Assembly (NCBI RefSeq): GCF_002863885.1
Contig: NZ_CP023673.1
Origin: Escherichia coli
GTDB taxonomy: Bacteria; Pseudomonadota; Gammaproteobacteria; Enterobacterales; Enterobacteriaceae
DNA length: 32,000 nt
Strand: one strand, 5' to 3'
Both the position numbers and the translations under genes were made by a program. Numbering within the stretch: position 1 is the first letter of the stretch; the number at the start of each line of letters is the position of its first letter. Of the stretch, positions 31,869-32,000 are shown piece by piece. The notes beneath the pieces were generated by a model. It was given only the letters and a program-made list of their open reading frames with translations, was not told where the DNA came from and ran no database searches.

Positions 31869-32000
31869 ACATGTATTCCCGGTGAAAAAAAACAAAACCC
31901 CGCGCACCGGAAAGGTGGCGGGGGATTCACGGAGATAATATCTGTCTGAAATTATTTAGGATGCAGGTATATGCAGTTGATTTGTATCTAGTACAGTACT

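Overview
The window reads as Escherichia coli chromosome (fdeC / ykg / ecp neighbourhood) joined to accessory DNA at a remnant of the thrW tRNA gene. Left part (1-15087): an aldo/keto reductase, a ykgA-like AraC regulator, the inverse autotransporter adhesin fdeC (eaeH), two more aldo/keto reductases, a LysR regulator, the small ORF ykgR, the alternative zinc-free ribosomal proteins rpmE2/rpmJ2 behind a Zur-box-like palindrome, and a damaged ecp pilus locus. In that locus ecpR is split by an IS1-family element with an 8-bp target duplication, the usual ecpA start is out of frame, ecpB is intact, and ecpC is cut after about 39 codons. Middle (15088-18526): two divergent tyrosine recombinases flank a 46-bp copy of the 3' end of thrW. 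Right part (18619-32000): a CP4-44/CP4-57-like island backbone (DUF4942, DUF957, DUF5983, cbtA/cbeA, yeeT, radC-like, KlcA/ArdB-like antirestriction, DUF932, and a yeeP/yfjP-like GTPase disrupted by a frameshift), with an IS110-family element of probable IS1111 type. The backbone carries unusual cargo between the DUF932 gene and the GTPase. This cargo is a three-gene operon with 4-bp ATGA overlaps encoding a CrfC/YjdA-like dynamin GTPase, an RdcB/YjcZ-like partner and a patatin-like phospholipase. It is preceded by three AACGATCG-core palindromes and followed by a terminator-like hairpin. Next to it is a pair of secreted Cys-containing proteins, one resembling the lysozyme inhibitor Ivy. The patatin/RdcB-like/dynamin-like operon is the best candidate for a poorly described system, possibly a membrane-acting defence or membrane-remodelling module; that function is inference only. 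Family names come from recognising protein sequences, not from database searches.
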